A stretch of 64,000 nt of DNA from contig BTVV01000012.1 in assembly GCA_045863855.1 (NCBI GenBank), positions 23,330 through 87,329 of the forward strand, written 5' to 3'. The position numbers were made by a program, and so were the translations under genes. Positions 8,541-18,300 of this stretch are shown piece after piece. Under the pieces are notes generated by a model that saw only the letters and a program-made list of their open reading frames with translations, made no database searches and was not told the origin of the DNA. Position 1 is the stretch's first letter, and the number at the start of each line of letters is the position of its first letter. Source of the stretch: Planctomycetota bacterium. GTDB taxonomy: Bacteria > Planctomycetota > SZUA-567 > H5-PLA8.

Positions 8541-11500
8541 ATGAAGCGCAGATGCTCCCTCGCGGCCTTGGTCCTTGCATTGCTCGCGTTAAGCAGCCCT
8601 TACTTCCCCAGCTTCGCCAATCCCGAACCGCCGCCGCCTTCCCCGGTTTCGTTGAGCAACCCCGACGGACAAGAAATGGACCTGCTCCGCTACGACCTGC
8701 GCCTCGCGGTGCACGGTCCGCTGGCGCTGACCGAGATGGAAATGGTCTTCCGCAATCCGCAGGATCGCCAGATGGAAGGGCGCTTCCAGTACCTGCTGCC
8801 GCCGGGCGCGACCTTAAGCCGCTTCGCCAAGGAAGTGGACGGGAAGCTGATGGAAGGCGAGGTCGTCGAGACCAAGCGCGCACGCGCCGTCTACCGGCAG
8901 ATCCTGCACACGCTGCGCGATCCGGCACTGCTGGAACAGGATCAGGGCAACCGCTTCAGCGCCAAGGTCTTCCCAATCCCCGCGAAGGGCACCGTCCGCC
9001 TCCTGCTCGGCTACTCCCAGTGCCTCCCGCTCAAGCACGACAAGCGCAAGCTCACCATCCCCATGGCCGGCATGCCGGCGATCCAAGACTTCAGCTTCTC
9101 GGCCGTGATTCGCGCCGGCTTCGGTTCCGGCTTGCATCCGAACAGCACCCAGGGCTTCGCCGTGGCGGCCGAACAGGCCGGCGCGCTCCAGACGCTTTCC
9201 AAGCGTCAGGCGAACTTCAAGCCCGAGCGCGATCTGGTGCTCGAATTCCAGGGTTCCGGCGGCGACCCGAAAGCGCAAGCCCTGCGCGCCGGTAACTTCG
9301 AACTGCTCAGCTATCGCCCCGGTCTGGCCTGGAAGGAAGGACTGACCGCGCCGCGCGACCAAGTTTGGTACTTCGACACCAGCGCAAGTAATGCCGATAC
9401 GCACGAACGCCGCATGGAAGCCGTCGAGAAGCTCCTGAAGGTGGTACAAGGCAGTTACGATACGCTCGACGCCTACGCTTTCGATCTCGAGGTCGCGCAC
9501 CTCACAACCTACACCGATCCATCGAAGGGCAGCAACGGCACGCCGAAGAGCATCCCGTGGTGTCTGCGCCAGCGTCACGCCTTGGGCGCGACGGACCTGG
9601 CTCGAGCGTTGAAGCACGCGTGCGACTTGGCCAAGGCGAAAGCCGCGCCCGCCCAGTTCGTTTTCGTTACCGACGGCATCGCGACCTGGGGCGCGACGGA
9701 TGCCGGCGAGATCCTCAAGGCTGTCGATGGCTGGCCCGAGCGCTGTTCGCTGAGCGTACTGGTACTGGGTGCGAAGCAGGATGCGGCCTTCCTGAACGCG
9801 CTGGTCGAGAAGACGGGCGGCCGCGTGGCCGGCGCGTCGTTGGGCGAAGCGCTCGACAAAGAACTGCAACAGGCGTTGAGCGAGATCGCCCGGCCGTTGG
9901 GCGCGACGTTCGAGTTCTACTCCGAAGGCACCGCTTGGCTGTATCCCAAGCGCTTCCGCGACGTCCAGCCCGGCGACGAACTGCTCGTCTTCGCGCAGCT
10001 TGAAGCAGGCGCCGCGCCCAAGTTGGGGGTCATTAAGCGCGACCTCCGCGGCGGCGTCGAGCGTGACGAAGCGTTTACGCAGGCGCCCGCCGAAGCACCG
10101 GGCTTTGCGCCGTTGCTGGAACGCGAAGCGTACCGCGCCTGTCTCGCCCATTTGGAAGCTCAGGAACGCGATGCCTCCGACGCGGCCAAAAAAGAGGCCC
10201 TGCGCAAGGAACGGATCGAGATCAGCGTCAAGCACCGCGTGCTCTGTTCGCTCACCAGCCTGCTGGTCCTGGAAACCGAGAACGATTACGCGCGCTTCGG
10301 GATCGACCGCAAGGCGCTGGCCGGCATCATGACCGTCGGCCCCCAAGGCATTCAAGCCCTGGCCCGCACCGAAGCGGATCTGGCGCTGCGTCCGGCGCCC
10401 AAGCCCGCCGAAGCCCCCAAAGCCCCAGCCAAGCAAGGCGAAGGCCGCCTTGAGCAGGAAGCGTTGGCGCGGCCCGAAGCCAAGGGCGACGATGCGCAAC
10501 CTACCGCGCCGACGGCCGCGGGGGCCGATGAGGAACTCGCCGATCTGGATAAATCCATCGGCACCGCGGAAGGCGGCTACACAAACGTTAACGATCCGTC
10601 CGGGCCCGGCCGCGACGCCGGAGTTACGAGGTCCGGTGGCGGCGCCGCCGTGAACGCATTCTCCCCGCCGCCAGCGCAAGGAGATGCGCCGGCGCAAGCG
10701 CAGCCCCCCGCCAGGACCGCGCCCGAGCGCACCCGAGAAGCCGCTCAAACGGCGGCGCCCGCCGACGCGCAAAGAGCTCGTCTGGCCGAACAAGACGCAG
10801 CCTCGAACCCGGCCCTCGTGGCCCCCGCATGGACCCAACAGGCGCAGCGCAAGATCGGCGAAGGCGACCTGAAAGGCTTGCTCGCCAAGGTCCAGGCCAA
10901 TCCGCTGGATCGCATGGCGCGCAACAGCTTGGCCGAAGCCCGCGTCAAACTCGCCGACTGGGATGCGCTCCTGGCCGACGCCTTCGAATGGCTTCCGCTG
11001 GACCCCGAGAACCCGCAGGTTTTCGAGCACCTCGCTTCGGCCAGCGCGAAATTGGGCGCGCCCGAACAGGCCCTCCGCGCGGTCACTTCCGTAGCCGAAG
11101 TCGCGCCGCGCAACAGCGCGTATCTCGAACGCGCCGGCTGGCTCCTGCTCGTCGCCGGACAACACGCCCACGCCGAAACGCTCTTCCGACGCGCCATCGC
11201 CGAACGCGACGACCACGCCAATGGATTCCGGGGCTTGGCCCTGAGCCTCTGGCTGGCAGGCAAGCACGAGGCCGCCGCCGAAATTCTCGAAACCGCCTTG
11301 GGCAAGACCTTCGACGGACGCTACGGCGACGCGGCACGCGTGCTGCGCGAAGAACTGGCCTACGTCTACCGCGCCTGGATCGCCGCCGATCCGGCGGCGT
11401 TCAAGACGGTTCCCGAACGCGCCAAGCGCAATAAAGTCAGCCTCCAGAAGTGGGATGCTCTGCGCGTCACGCTGGCCTGGGAAACCGACGCCAACGATGT

Positions 11501-11852
11501 GGACTTGCACGTGGTCGATCCGAAGGGCGAAGAGTGCTTCTATTCGCACACGCAGACCGCTTCGGGCTTGAGCCTCTACAGCGATCAGACCCAGGGTCTG
11601 GGGCCGGAGGTGATTCGCACCGACAAGCTCCTGCCCGGCGCCTATCAAGTAGGGGTGAAGTACTACAACCCCGGCCCGATGGGGGTCAGCCGCGGCGTGG
11701 TAGTGGTCTATCGATCCGACCACTCCGGCTTGGTGGCCCAGCCCCAGATCGCGCCGTTCTGCCTCGTGCCCCAAGGCGAAGGCATCCGGCATCTCCTGGA
11801 GCTTACGGTGGTACCGCCCGCGCCTGCCCCGCAGCCGAAGCCGGCTCCCTGA
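8541..11852 (+). CDS. Secreted VIT + vWA + TPR + DUF2135 (YfaP-like) domain protein
   Basis: Signal peptide. VIT (ALTEMEMVFRNPQDRQMEGRFQYLLP, DPALLE). MIDAS-like DTSAS...GATD...VTDG. TPR-like helices. LRVTLAWETDANDVDLHVVDPKGE and GLGPE fit DUF2135. Confidence 0.88.
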   Translation: MKRRCSLAALVLALLALSSPYFPSFANPEPPPPSPVSLSNPDGQEMDLLRYDLRLAVHGPLALTEMEMVFRNPQDRQMEGRFQYLLPPGATLSRFAKEVDGKLMEGEVVETKRARAVYRQILHTLRDPALLEQDQGNRFSAKVFPIPAKGTVRLLLGYSQCLPLKHDKRKLTIPMAGMPAIQDFSFSAVIRAGFGSGLHPNSTQGFAVAAEQAGALQTLSKRQANFKPERDLVLEFQGSGGDPKAQALRAGNFELLSYRPGLAWKEGLTAPRDQVWYFDTSASNADTHERRMEAVEKLLKVVQGSYDTLDAYAFDLEVAHLTTYTDPSKGSNGTPKSIPWCLRQRHALGATDLARALKHACDLAKAKAAPAQFVFVTDGIATWGATDAGEILKAVDGWPERCSLSVLVLGAKQDAAFLNALVEKTGGRVAGASLGEALDKELQQALSEIARPLGATFEFYSEGTAWLYPKRFRDVQPGDELLVFAQLEAGAAPKLGVIKRDLRGGVERDEAFTQAPAEAPGFAPLLEREAYRACLAHLEAQERDASDAAKKEALRKERIEISVKHRVLCSLTSLLVLETENDYARFGIDRKALAGIMTVGPQGIQALARTEADLALRPAPKPAEAPKAPAKQGEGRLEQEALARPEAKGDDAQPTAPTAAGADEELADLDKSIGTAEGGYTNVNDPSGPGRDAGVTRSGGGAAVNAFSPPPAQGDAPAQAQPPARTAPERTREAAQTAAPADAQRARLAEQDAASNPALVAPAWTQQAQRKIGEGDLKGLLAKVQANPLDRMARNSLAEARVKLADWDALLADAFEWLPLDPENPQVFEHLASASAKLGAPEQALRAVTSVAEVAPRNSAYLERAGWLLLVAGQHAHAETLFRRAIAERDDHANGFRGLALSLWLAGKHEAAAEILETALGKTFDGRYGDAARVLREELAYVYRAWIAADPAAFKTVPERAKRNKVSLQKWDALRVTLAWETDANDVDLHVVDPKGEECFYSHTQTASGLSLYSDQTQGLGPEVIRTDKLLPGAYQVGVKYYNPGPMGVSRGVVVVYRSDHSGLVAQPQIAPFCLVPQGEGIRHLLELTVVPPAPAPQPKPAP

Positions 11853-11995
11853 GCGGCCCTGGAGCTGACCCCGCAGCGGCTATATTTACCTGGATAGGGA
11901 ATAACCAGCCTGTTGCCTTCGTCTTAGTGCGGGACTATCCTTGTAGAGGATAGGGCCGGGCTAGGGGGGTGCTCGTTCGCCACCCCGGAGGCCAG

Positions 11996-13387
11996 ATGGA
12001 ACAGCGCGAAGCCACGCATTCGAATCCGGAACCGGCCGCGTCGCAAACGGACGTTCCGAAGCGCATCGGATCCTACACGATCCTGAGCCGCCTCTACGAC
12101 GGCAGCATCAGCACGCTCTACAAGGCCAAGCAGGATCGTCTGGGCCGCGTCGTGGCCTTGAAGACGCTCAAGGAATGGCCGCCCGCGCACAACATGATCC
12201 TCGAACGCTTCAACCGCGCGACTTTCGTCGGCGCGCAGGTGGTGCATCCCAACGTCCCGGTGCTGTACGAATCGGGCACGGTGGACGGATACCACTTCGC
12301 GGCGCTGGAATACATCCACGCACAGACGCTGCAGGAACTCCTCGCCGAACGCACGCGCGTGAGCGAACGCCGCGCGGTCTGGATCGGGCTTCAAGTCGCC
12401 CGGGCGCTCAGCGCGCTGCACGCGAAACGCATCATTCACCGCAACGTGAAGCCGAAGAATATCCTGGTCGAACCCGACGGGCGCGTGCGCGTCGTGGGCA
12501 TGGGCTTGGCCAAGGTCGAAGCCGCCTGCTTCACCCAGGAACTCGACGCGCAAACCATCGGCACGCCGCATTACATGGCGCCCGAGATCATCCGCGGCTG
12601 CTGCACCGATCCGCGCAGCGATCTGTACTCGCTGGGCGTGACGATGTACGTGATGGTCGCCGGCCGCCCGCCCTTCGCAAAGGGCATCCCGGCGGCGGTG
12701 ATGGCCAAGCACCTGTACGAAAAGCCCGACGCGCTGAAACAGCTCGACCCGGACCTCTCCGACGAATTCGTCGCACTGGTCGAGCACATGATGGCCAAGT
12801 GCCCGCACGAGCGCCCCGAGTCGGCCGAAAAAGTGGCCGAGCAGCTCGAACGCATGGCGCGGCGGCTCTACCGCGACAAACTCGGCGGCGCGCCCGCCTT
12901 GGCCGAACCGTGGCATGCGAACATCCCCTGGGCGGCGCTGGCGCGGGGAGCGGGCGTCTTCTTCGGTACGCTCCTGGCCATATTCCTCCTAGGTATGGCC
13001 ACCTACGGCACCTGGGCCTTTTTCTGGAACGCCGAACCGGCTCCCGCCGCACCGGCGCGCTCCGCGCCGATCGCCGTCCCTGCGGAACCCCCAACGGCCG
13101 CGGCCGAAGCGCTGGGCGAAGAGTTGCAAGCGCCCGTCAACCCCATCCAAGAACGCATCCGAGTCGATTTTCTGCGCCTGCTGAAGCTGGAAGACGGCTT
13201 CCGCCGCGATGGCTGGCAAGGCGTAGGCGAATGGGAGCGCTTCCTGCGCACCTTCCCCGATGCGCCCGAAGAGCTCCGCGCCCGCGCGCAGGCCGAGGTC
13301 CGCCGCTTCCGGCAGCAGGAAATCGAGCGCATGGGCGCGCGCGCCGGACGACAGGACAATCCGGGCGGCGAAGACCTCGAGTTCTAA
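11996..13387 (+). CDS. Membrane-bound Ser/Thr kinase-like protein, predicted pseudokinase
   Basis: Kinase fold (VALK, GTPHYMAPE, SDLYSLG) but HRD is HRN, DFG is GMG, and the Gly loop is degenerate. One TM segment follows the kinase domain. GGAGG before ATG 11996. Confidence 0.88.
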   Translation: MEQREATHSNPEPAASQTDVPKRIGSYTILSRLYDGSISTLYKAKQDRLGRVVALKTLKEWPPAHNMILERFNRATFVGAQVVHPNVPVLYESGTVDGYHFAALEYIHAQTLQELLAERTRVSERRAVWIGLQVARALSALHAKRIIHRNVKPKNILVEPDGRVRVVGMGLAKVEAACFTQELDAQTIGTPHYMAPEIIRGCCTDPRSDLYSLGVTMYVMVAGRPPFAKGIPAAVMAKHLYEKPDALKQLDPDLSDEFVALVEHMMAKCPHERPESAEKVAEQLERMARRLYRDKLGGAPALAEPWHANIPWAALARGAGVFFGTLLAIFLLGMATYGTWAFFWNAEPAPAAPARSAPIAVPAEPPTAAAEALGEELQAPVNPIQERIRVDFLRLLKLEDGFRRDGWQGVGEWERFLRTFPDAPEELRARAQAEVRRFRQQEIERMGARAGRQDNPGGEDLEF

Positions 13388-13418
13388 AAAAGAGCGGGCG
13401 GCCCGCGAAGGCCGCCCG
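13386..13418 (-). terminator. Rho-independent terminator
   Basis: 9-bp stem CGGGCGGCC/GGCCGCCCG with a 6-nt loop, followed on the minus strand by CTCTTTTTT. Lies between convergent genes. Confidence 0.75.
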
Positions 13419-13452
13419 TTTCCGCCGCAACTGAGCGCCGAAGCTTACGGCT

Positions 13453-14055
13453 TTAATCCAGCATCATCGAATGCACGGACCGTTCGAACTCCGCTTCGAA
13501 CTGAGTATACGAATCGGGCGTGGCGGTACAGGTGACCACGAATCCGCGCTTGCCCTTCGAGAAGTAATACTGCAGCACCTTCAGGTTCAGCTCGCCCATG
13601 CGATGGGTGAAGACCAGCCGCTTGGCCGACTGCCCCTGGATGATCGTATCGCCCAACTGGACCTCGACGAAGTCCGTCATCACCTTGCGCAACTGGAGCT
13701 GATTCGCGTCGTAGTAATCGGAAACCGAGTACTCGTTGGGCAGGTCCTCCACGACCACGTTGATGTTCTCGCGGAACGTATCGCTGGCGTTGGCCTGCGC
13801 GCTGAGCGCCAAGACCACCGTGCCGTGCGCATTCTCCTGGCGCTCCCAGGTCTCCGGCAGCACGATCGAAAACCCTTTTGCCGGCGCCTTAAAGCGATTG
13901 GCTTCATTCACTTGCGAGCCGCCGCCCAGCCCGCCGCCGCCGCCCGGACCCGTCGGCGTCGAGGCCGTCTGGACGCCCCCGCCGCAACCGGCCAAACTCA
14001 AAGCCAGAAAAGCAGCCCACATCGCCACGCCCAGCCGCACGAACGCGCGCTTCAT
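13453..14055 (-). CDS. Lipoprotein, PsbP/DcrB-like domain
   Basis: Lipobox LAGC, Gly-rich linker, FSIVLPETW, FRENINVVVE, FE....S terminus. Confidence 0.75.
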   Translation of the reverse strand: MKRAFVRLGVAMWAAFLALSLAGCGGGVQTASTPTGPGGGGGLGGGSQVNEANRFKAPAKGFSIVLPETWERQENAHGTVVLALSAQANASDTFRENINVVVEDLPNEYSVSDYYDANQLQLRKVMTDFVEVQLGDTIIQGQSAKRLVFTHRMGELNLKVLQYYFSKGKRGFVVTCTATPDSYTQFEAEFERSVHSMMLD

Positions 14056-14215
14056 CGGTCACCTCTCCCGTTTAATGTTGAAAATCGATGTCCAGCAGTA
14101 TGCCGCAACCGCCAAGAAGACCAACGCTAAACTGGGCGCGTGACCGCTTCCGCCTGGCCGGCGTGCCGGCATGCGTCTCGAATACGCTTTCAACCTCTTT
14201 AGCTTAAAGGAGTTA

Positions 14216-14521
14216 CTACTGAGGCGAAGGGCCGCTGCGCATCTTCTTGGCGGACATCAATTCGTAACAGTTGGTGCAGATTTTCTGGTCTTCGTATTCG
14301 CGCAGGTCTTCGGCCGAGACCGTAGCCATACACATGGGGCACAACGAGGCGCTTTCGGTGGCCTGCGCCCAACCGCCTTTGCGCGGCGCAGTGGACTTGG
14401 GTACCGGGCTCTCGGACGTGGCGCCGACTTCGGTCCCGCAGCTTGGGCACGCGGTGCGTCCCCCGCGCAAGATGGTTCCGCAACGCTTGCAGCGCAGAAC
14501 TTGGGCGGTGGGAACAGGCAT
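14216..14521 (-). CDS. Small double zinc-ribbon protein
   Basis: CKRC...CPSC and CPMC...CTNC. Starts 2 nt after the upstream stop. Confidence 0.75.
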   Translation of the reverse strand: MPVPTAQVLRCKRCGTILRGGRTACPSCGTEVGATSESPVPKSTAPRKGGWAQATESASLCPMCMATVSAEDLREYEDQKICTNCYELMSAKKMRSGPSPQ

Positions 14522-14523
14522 GC

Positions 14524-15222
14524 TTATTTGCCCGTTTCGAGCTTTGGCGCGGCCGCGACCTGCTGGCGCGCTTCGTGGTCGAGCTTCTGGAACTCAACCG
14601 CCTTCGTGGGCCACCACTTCTTGATGTCCATCGGTGTGTCGTAGGCGGCCTTGAACGTGGAGCCGGCCGCGGCGTTAAAGGTAACCAGAATTTCCTCGAA
14701 GTACTTGCGTGTGGCCGCCGCCACCTCGCGGTTGGTGGTGCTGGAACCCATTCCATAGTTGTTCTGGTTGTTGCGGTTGCTGTCGTCCGGCAGCGGCGGA
14801 TAGCGCAGCGTGGTCATGTAATGCGCGAACGCCTCCAGCGCATCGTAGCGGAACTTCAGTGTGGACAGTTCGGCCGCCATCTCTTTCTTGGCGTCGCGAT
14901 CCTTCTCGTTCTTGAAAGTCAACGCGGCCAGCCGCGCCACGAAACCGTCCTTATCGGGGCACGCGCACATGAGTTTGAAAGCCGACTTGCGCACCTCGAT
15001 GTCCTGGTCCATCGCCGCGACCTTATACAGCATCTGCAGCGAAGCCTGTTCCGATACGCCCTTCAGCTTCTGGACGGCTTCCAGGCGCGCGGCCGGCGGC
15101 GCATTGTTGTAACCCGCCGCAAACTCGTTGCGCAGCTCGACTTCGGCATCCGCCGCCGCGACAGCCGGAACCGCCAGCACGGTGCCCAAAAAGACCCAGG
15201 CCCATTTCGCTTGGTTACGCAT
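14524..15222 (-). CDS. Secreted HEAT-repeat-like hypothetical protein
   Basis: Signal peptide (MRNQAKWAWVFLGTVLAVPAVAA), helical RLEAVQKL and DIEVRKSA segments. GGAG upstream. Confidence 0.7.
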   Translation of the reverse strand: MRNQAKWAWVFLGTVLAVPAVAAADAEVELRNEFAAGYNNAPPAARLEAVQKLKGVSEQASLQMLYKVAAMDQDIEVRKSAFKLMCACPDKDGFVARLAALTFKNEKDRDAKKEMAAELSTLKFRYDALEAFAHYMTTLRYPPLPDDSNRNNQNNYGMGSSTTNREVAAATRKYFEEILVTFNAAAGSTFKAAYDTPMDIKKWWPTKAVEFQKLDHEARQQVAAAPKLETGK

Positions 15223-15294
15223 GATTCCACTCCCATCCACGGTTCGGCCTCTCGCAGGACAGCTTTTCCATCGCGATGTGGCCATGCGCCGCGG

Positions 15295-16230
15295 TTATGC
15301 CCGGCCTAACGCTTTCAACATCGTGCGCCCGATTTCGGCGGGGCTGTCGGCTACTTGTACACCGGCCTCGCGCAGCGCCTTTACCTTGCTGTCGGCGGTG
15401 CCCGATCCGCCCGAGACGATCGCCCCGGCGTGCCCCATGCGCCGTCCCGGCGGCGCCGTGCGCCCGGCGATGAACCCGGCCACCGGTTTGGTCATGTGCT
15501 GCTTGATCCACGCCGCGGCTTCTTCTTCGGCCGTGCCGCCGATCTCGCCGATCATGATCACACCCGCCGTCGCCGGATCGGCTTGGAACATCTGCAGGAC
15601 GTCGATGAAATCCGTCCCCTTCACCGGATCGCCGCCGATCCCCACGCAGCTCGACTGGCCGAATCCGGACTTGGTGATCTGCCAGACGGCTTCGTAGGTC
15701 AGCGTGCCGGACCGTGAAAGAATCCCGATGTCGCCGGCTTTGTGAATGTAGCCCGGCATGATCCCGATCTTGCAGGCCTCCGGCGTAATCACGCCGGGGC
15801 AGTTGGGGCCGACCAGCCGCACGTTCGGGTAACGCTGCAAGGCCTGCTTCACGCGCACCATATCCAGCACCGGAATGCCTTCGGTGATGCAGCAAACCAG
15901 CCGGATGCCGGCGTCGGCGGCTTCGAGGATCGCATCGCCCGCGAAAGGCGGCGGCACGAAGATCATCGTCGCGTCGGCGCTCGTTTTCTTGACGGCCTCG
16001 GCCACCGAGTTGAAAACCGGAAGCTTGCCCGCGGGAATCGGCTGCTTGCCGTCGAATCCGCCGCCTGTGGGCGCGGCTTCGATCTCGAAGTACGTTCCGC
16101 CTTTGCCCGGCGTAACGCCGCCGGCCATTTTCGTGCCGTAGGCGTAGCAGCCTTTGGTATGCGCGCCGCCGAAGGCGCCCGTCATGCCCTGGCAGATCAC
16201 CCGGGTGGATGCGTCAACGAGGATGGCCAT
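15295..16230 (-). CDS. sucD: Succinyl-CoA synthetase alpha subunit
   Basis: [41 protein letters not shown] (phospho-His). Confidence 0.97.
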   Translation of the reverse strand: MAILVDASTRVICQGMTGAFGGAHTKGCYAYGTKMAGGVTPGKGGTYFEIEAAPTGGGFDGKQPIPAGKLPVFNSVAEAVKKTSADATMIFVPPPFAGDAILEAADAGIRLVCCITEGIPVLDMVRVKQALQRYPNVRLVGPNCPGVITPEACKIGIMPGYIHKAGDIGILSRSGTLTYEAVWQITKSGFGQSSCVGIGGDPVKGTDFIDVLQMFQADPATAGVIMIGEIGGTAEEEAAAWIKQHMTKPVAGFIAGRTAPPGRRMGHAGAIVSGGSGTADSKVKALREAGVQVADSPAEIGRTMLKALGRA

Positions 16231-16294
16231 GAACTCCTCCTGAGAAGTCGTGCCCTAAGAATAGGCGCACTGGTGCAGGGATCAAGGGAAAGGC

Positions 16295-16819
16295 TCACGC
16301 TCTGAACAACGGCTCCGGACCGCCCAGGACGAACTTCCAGAGCACCACCGCCGCCCAGTGCATCAAAAGCGGTGGCCAGACCGACCCGCTGCGCAGATAC
16401 GCCACCGTACAAGCTGCGCCCAACAGCGCCGCCAGCAGCAGAAAACTCGGCGCGTAAAAGACCGGACGCGCGGCCGGACGCAGCAGCCACGCGTTCAGCG
16501 GATGCGCGGCGACGAAAAGAACCAGTGCCACGGCGCTCCAAGTCCAGACGCTGCTCGGCGAAACCGATTCGGTGCGATGCGGAAGCAGCAGCACCCGAAA
16601 CAAGGTCTCCTCCAAAAGGCAAGGAATCAGGAGCGAGACGCCCATGAAGGTTACCAACTGTGCAGCGGTCCATTCGGCGCGCTGGAAGCGGATCAGCCCC
16701 GTGGCGTAGCCAAGAGGCAGCGCGAGGACGGTAAAGGCGAGCAAGCACAGCCCCGCATCGCGCCAGCCGGCGGCGTCGGGCCAGGTACGAAACGCGGCGG
16801 CCAAGCGGGCAAGGAGCAT
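16295..16819 (-). CDS. CPBP (CAAX/Abi) intramembrane glutamic endopeptidase
   Basis: [22 protein letters not shown]; multiple TM segments. Confidence 0.85.
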   Translation of the reverse strand: MLLARLAAAFRTWPDAAGWRDAGLCLLAFTVLALPLGYATGLIRFQRAEWTAAQLVTFMGVSLLIPCLLEETLFRVLLLPHRTESVSPSSVWTWSAVALVLFVAAHPLNAWLLRPAARPVFYAPSFLLLAALLGAACTVAYLRSGSVWPPLLMHWAAVVLWKFVLGGPEPLFRA

Positions 16820-16929
16820 CGCGAACGGCTCTCGGGCCGAACCTCAAGACGGCACGGGCAACGAAAAACGATAGACCCGCGGGCGAGAGGACCGCGGTAC
16901 CCCCGGCCCGGCGCGCACGCCGCGAATGA

Positions 16930-18174
16930 CTACTTCTTCAGCGAGGCGCAGACCTTCTCGGCGGCGTCGGCGAGCGTGTCGGCGGTCTGGATCGGCAGGC
17001 CGCTCTCTTTCAGGAGCTGCTTGCCGCGATCGACCTGGTTGCCTTCCAGGCGCACGACCAGCGGAACCTTGAGGTTCACTTCCTTCACCGCGGCGATCAC
17101 GCCCTCGGCGATCACGTCGCAGCGCATGATGCCGCCGAAGATGTTGACGAGGATCGCCTTCACTTCCGGATCGGAGAGGATGATCTTGAAGCCCGCGGCC
17201 ACCTTCTCTTTAGTCGCGCCGCCGCCCACGTCGAGGAAGTTCGCGGGCTGGCCGCCGTAGAGCTTGATCGCGTCCATGGTGCCCATGGCCAGACCGGCGC
17301 CGTTGACGAGGCAGCCGATGTTCCCTTCGAGCGCGATGTACGAGAGGTCGAACTTCTTGGCCTCGGTTTCCTTGGGGTCTTCCTCGGCCAGGTCGCGCTG
17401 GTCGGCGGACTGCTTCTGGCGGTACAGCGCGTTGTCGTCGTAACTGAGCTTGGCGTCCATGCAGAAGACGCGGTCGCCGCTGCGCGCGAGCGGGTTGATC
17501 TCGAGCATCGCGCAATCGAGCTTCACGTAGGCGCGGCAAAGCGCCGTGAGAATCTTCGCCCCGCTCTTGAAGGCTTCGCCTTCCAGGCCCAGGAAATACG
17601 CGGCGCGGCGCGCCTGGAACGGCCACAAGCCCTGGTCGGGATCGAAGTGCTGCTTCAGGATCTTCTCGGGGTGCGTCTCGGCCACTTCTTCGATGTCCAT
17701 CCCGCCGGCGGGGCTGATCATCAGCAGCGGCAGGCCGGCGGCGCGATCGAGCAGCACCGCGGCATAGAATTCCTGTTCGGGCGGACAACCGGCCTCGACG
17801 TACAAGCGCTGCACTTTCTTGCCCGACGCGCCGGTCTGCTTGGTGAGGAGCACGTTGCCCAGCAGACCCGCCGCGGCCTTCTCGACGTCGGCCTCGCTCT
17901 TGCACAGCAGCACGCCCTTCTCGCTGGTGACGCCCGGACCGCTGTATGCGCCGGTATGGGCGTCGTACTTCGTCGCATCGAGCTTATCCGGAGCGACGGC
18001 TTTGCCTTTGCCGCGGCCGCCGGCGTGAATCTGGGACTTCACCACCACGACGGGGCTTTTGAGCGTCCCGTACGCGGCTTTGGCTTCGGCGGGCGTAAAC
18101 GCGACCACGCCGGGGAGCACATCGACACCCAGCGAGCGGAGCAGTTCCTTGGCCTGATGTTCATGGATGTTCAT
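16930..18174 (-). CDS. sucC: Succinyl-CoA synthetase beta subunit
   Basis: [61 protein letters not shown]. The true start is 18174, not the 20382 given by the ORF track. Confidence 0.97.
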   Translation of the reverse strand: MNIHEHQAKELLRSLGVDVLPGVVAFTPAEAKAAYGTLKSPVVVVKSQIHAGGRGKGKAVAPDKLDATKYDAHTGAYSGPGVTSEKGVLLCKSEADVEKAAAGLLGNVLLTKQTGASGKKVQRLYVEAGCPPEQEFYAAVLLDRAAGLPLLMISPAGGMDIEEVAETHPEKILKQHFDPDQGLWPFQARRAAYFLGLEGEAFKSGAKILTALCRAYVKLDCAMLEINPLARSGDRVFCMDAKLSYDDNALYRQKQSADQRDLAEEDPKETEAKKFDLSYIALEGNIGCLVNGAGLAMGTMDAIKLYGGQPANFLDVGGGATKEKVAAGFKIILSDPEVKAILVNIFGGIMRCDVIAEGVIAAVKEVNLKVPLVVRLEGNQVDRGKQLLKESGLPIQTADTLADAAEKVCASLKK

Positions 18175-18300
18175 GCGTGCGTGTCCTCGTGTGATGAAGC
18201 GGCAGGTGGCTACCTTATAGAAGGACCGCCGGTTGGCAAGCTCACCCCGCGAGCGCGGCCGGTCTCGCCGTTGCAATACGGGCCGGTGTGCGCAATCTTC

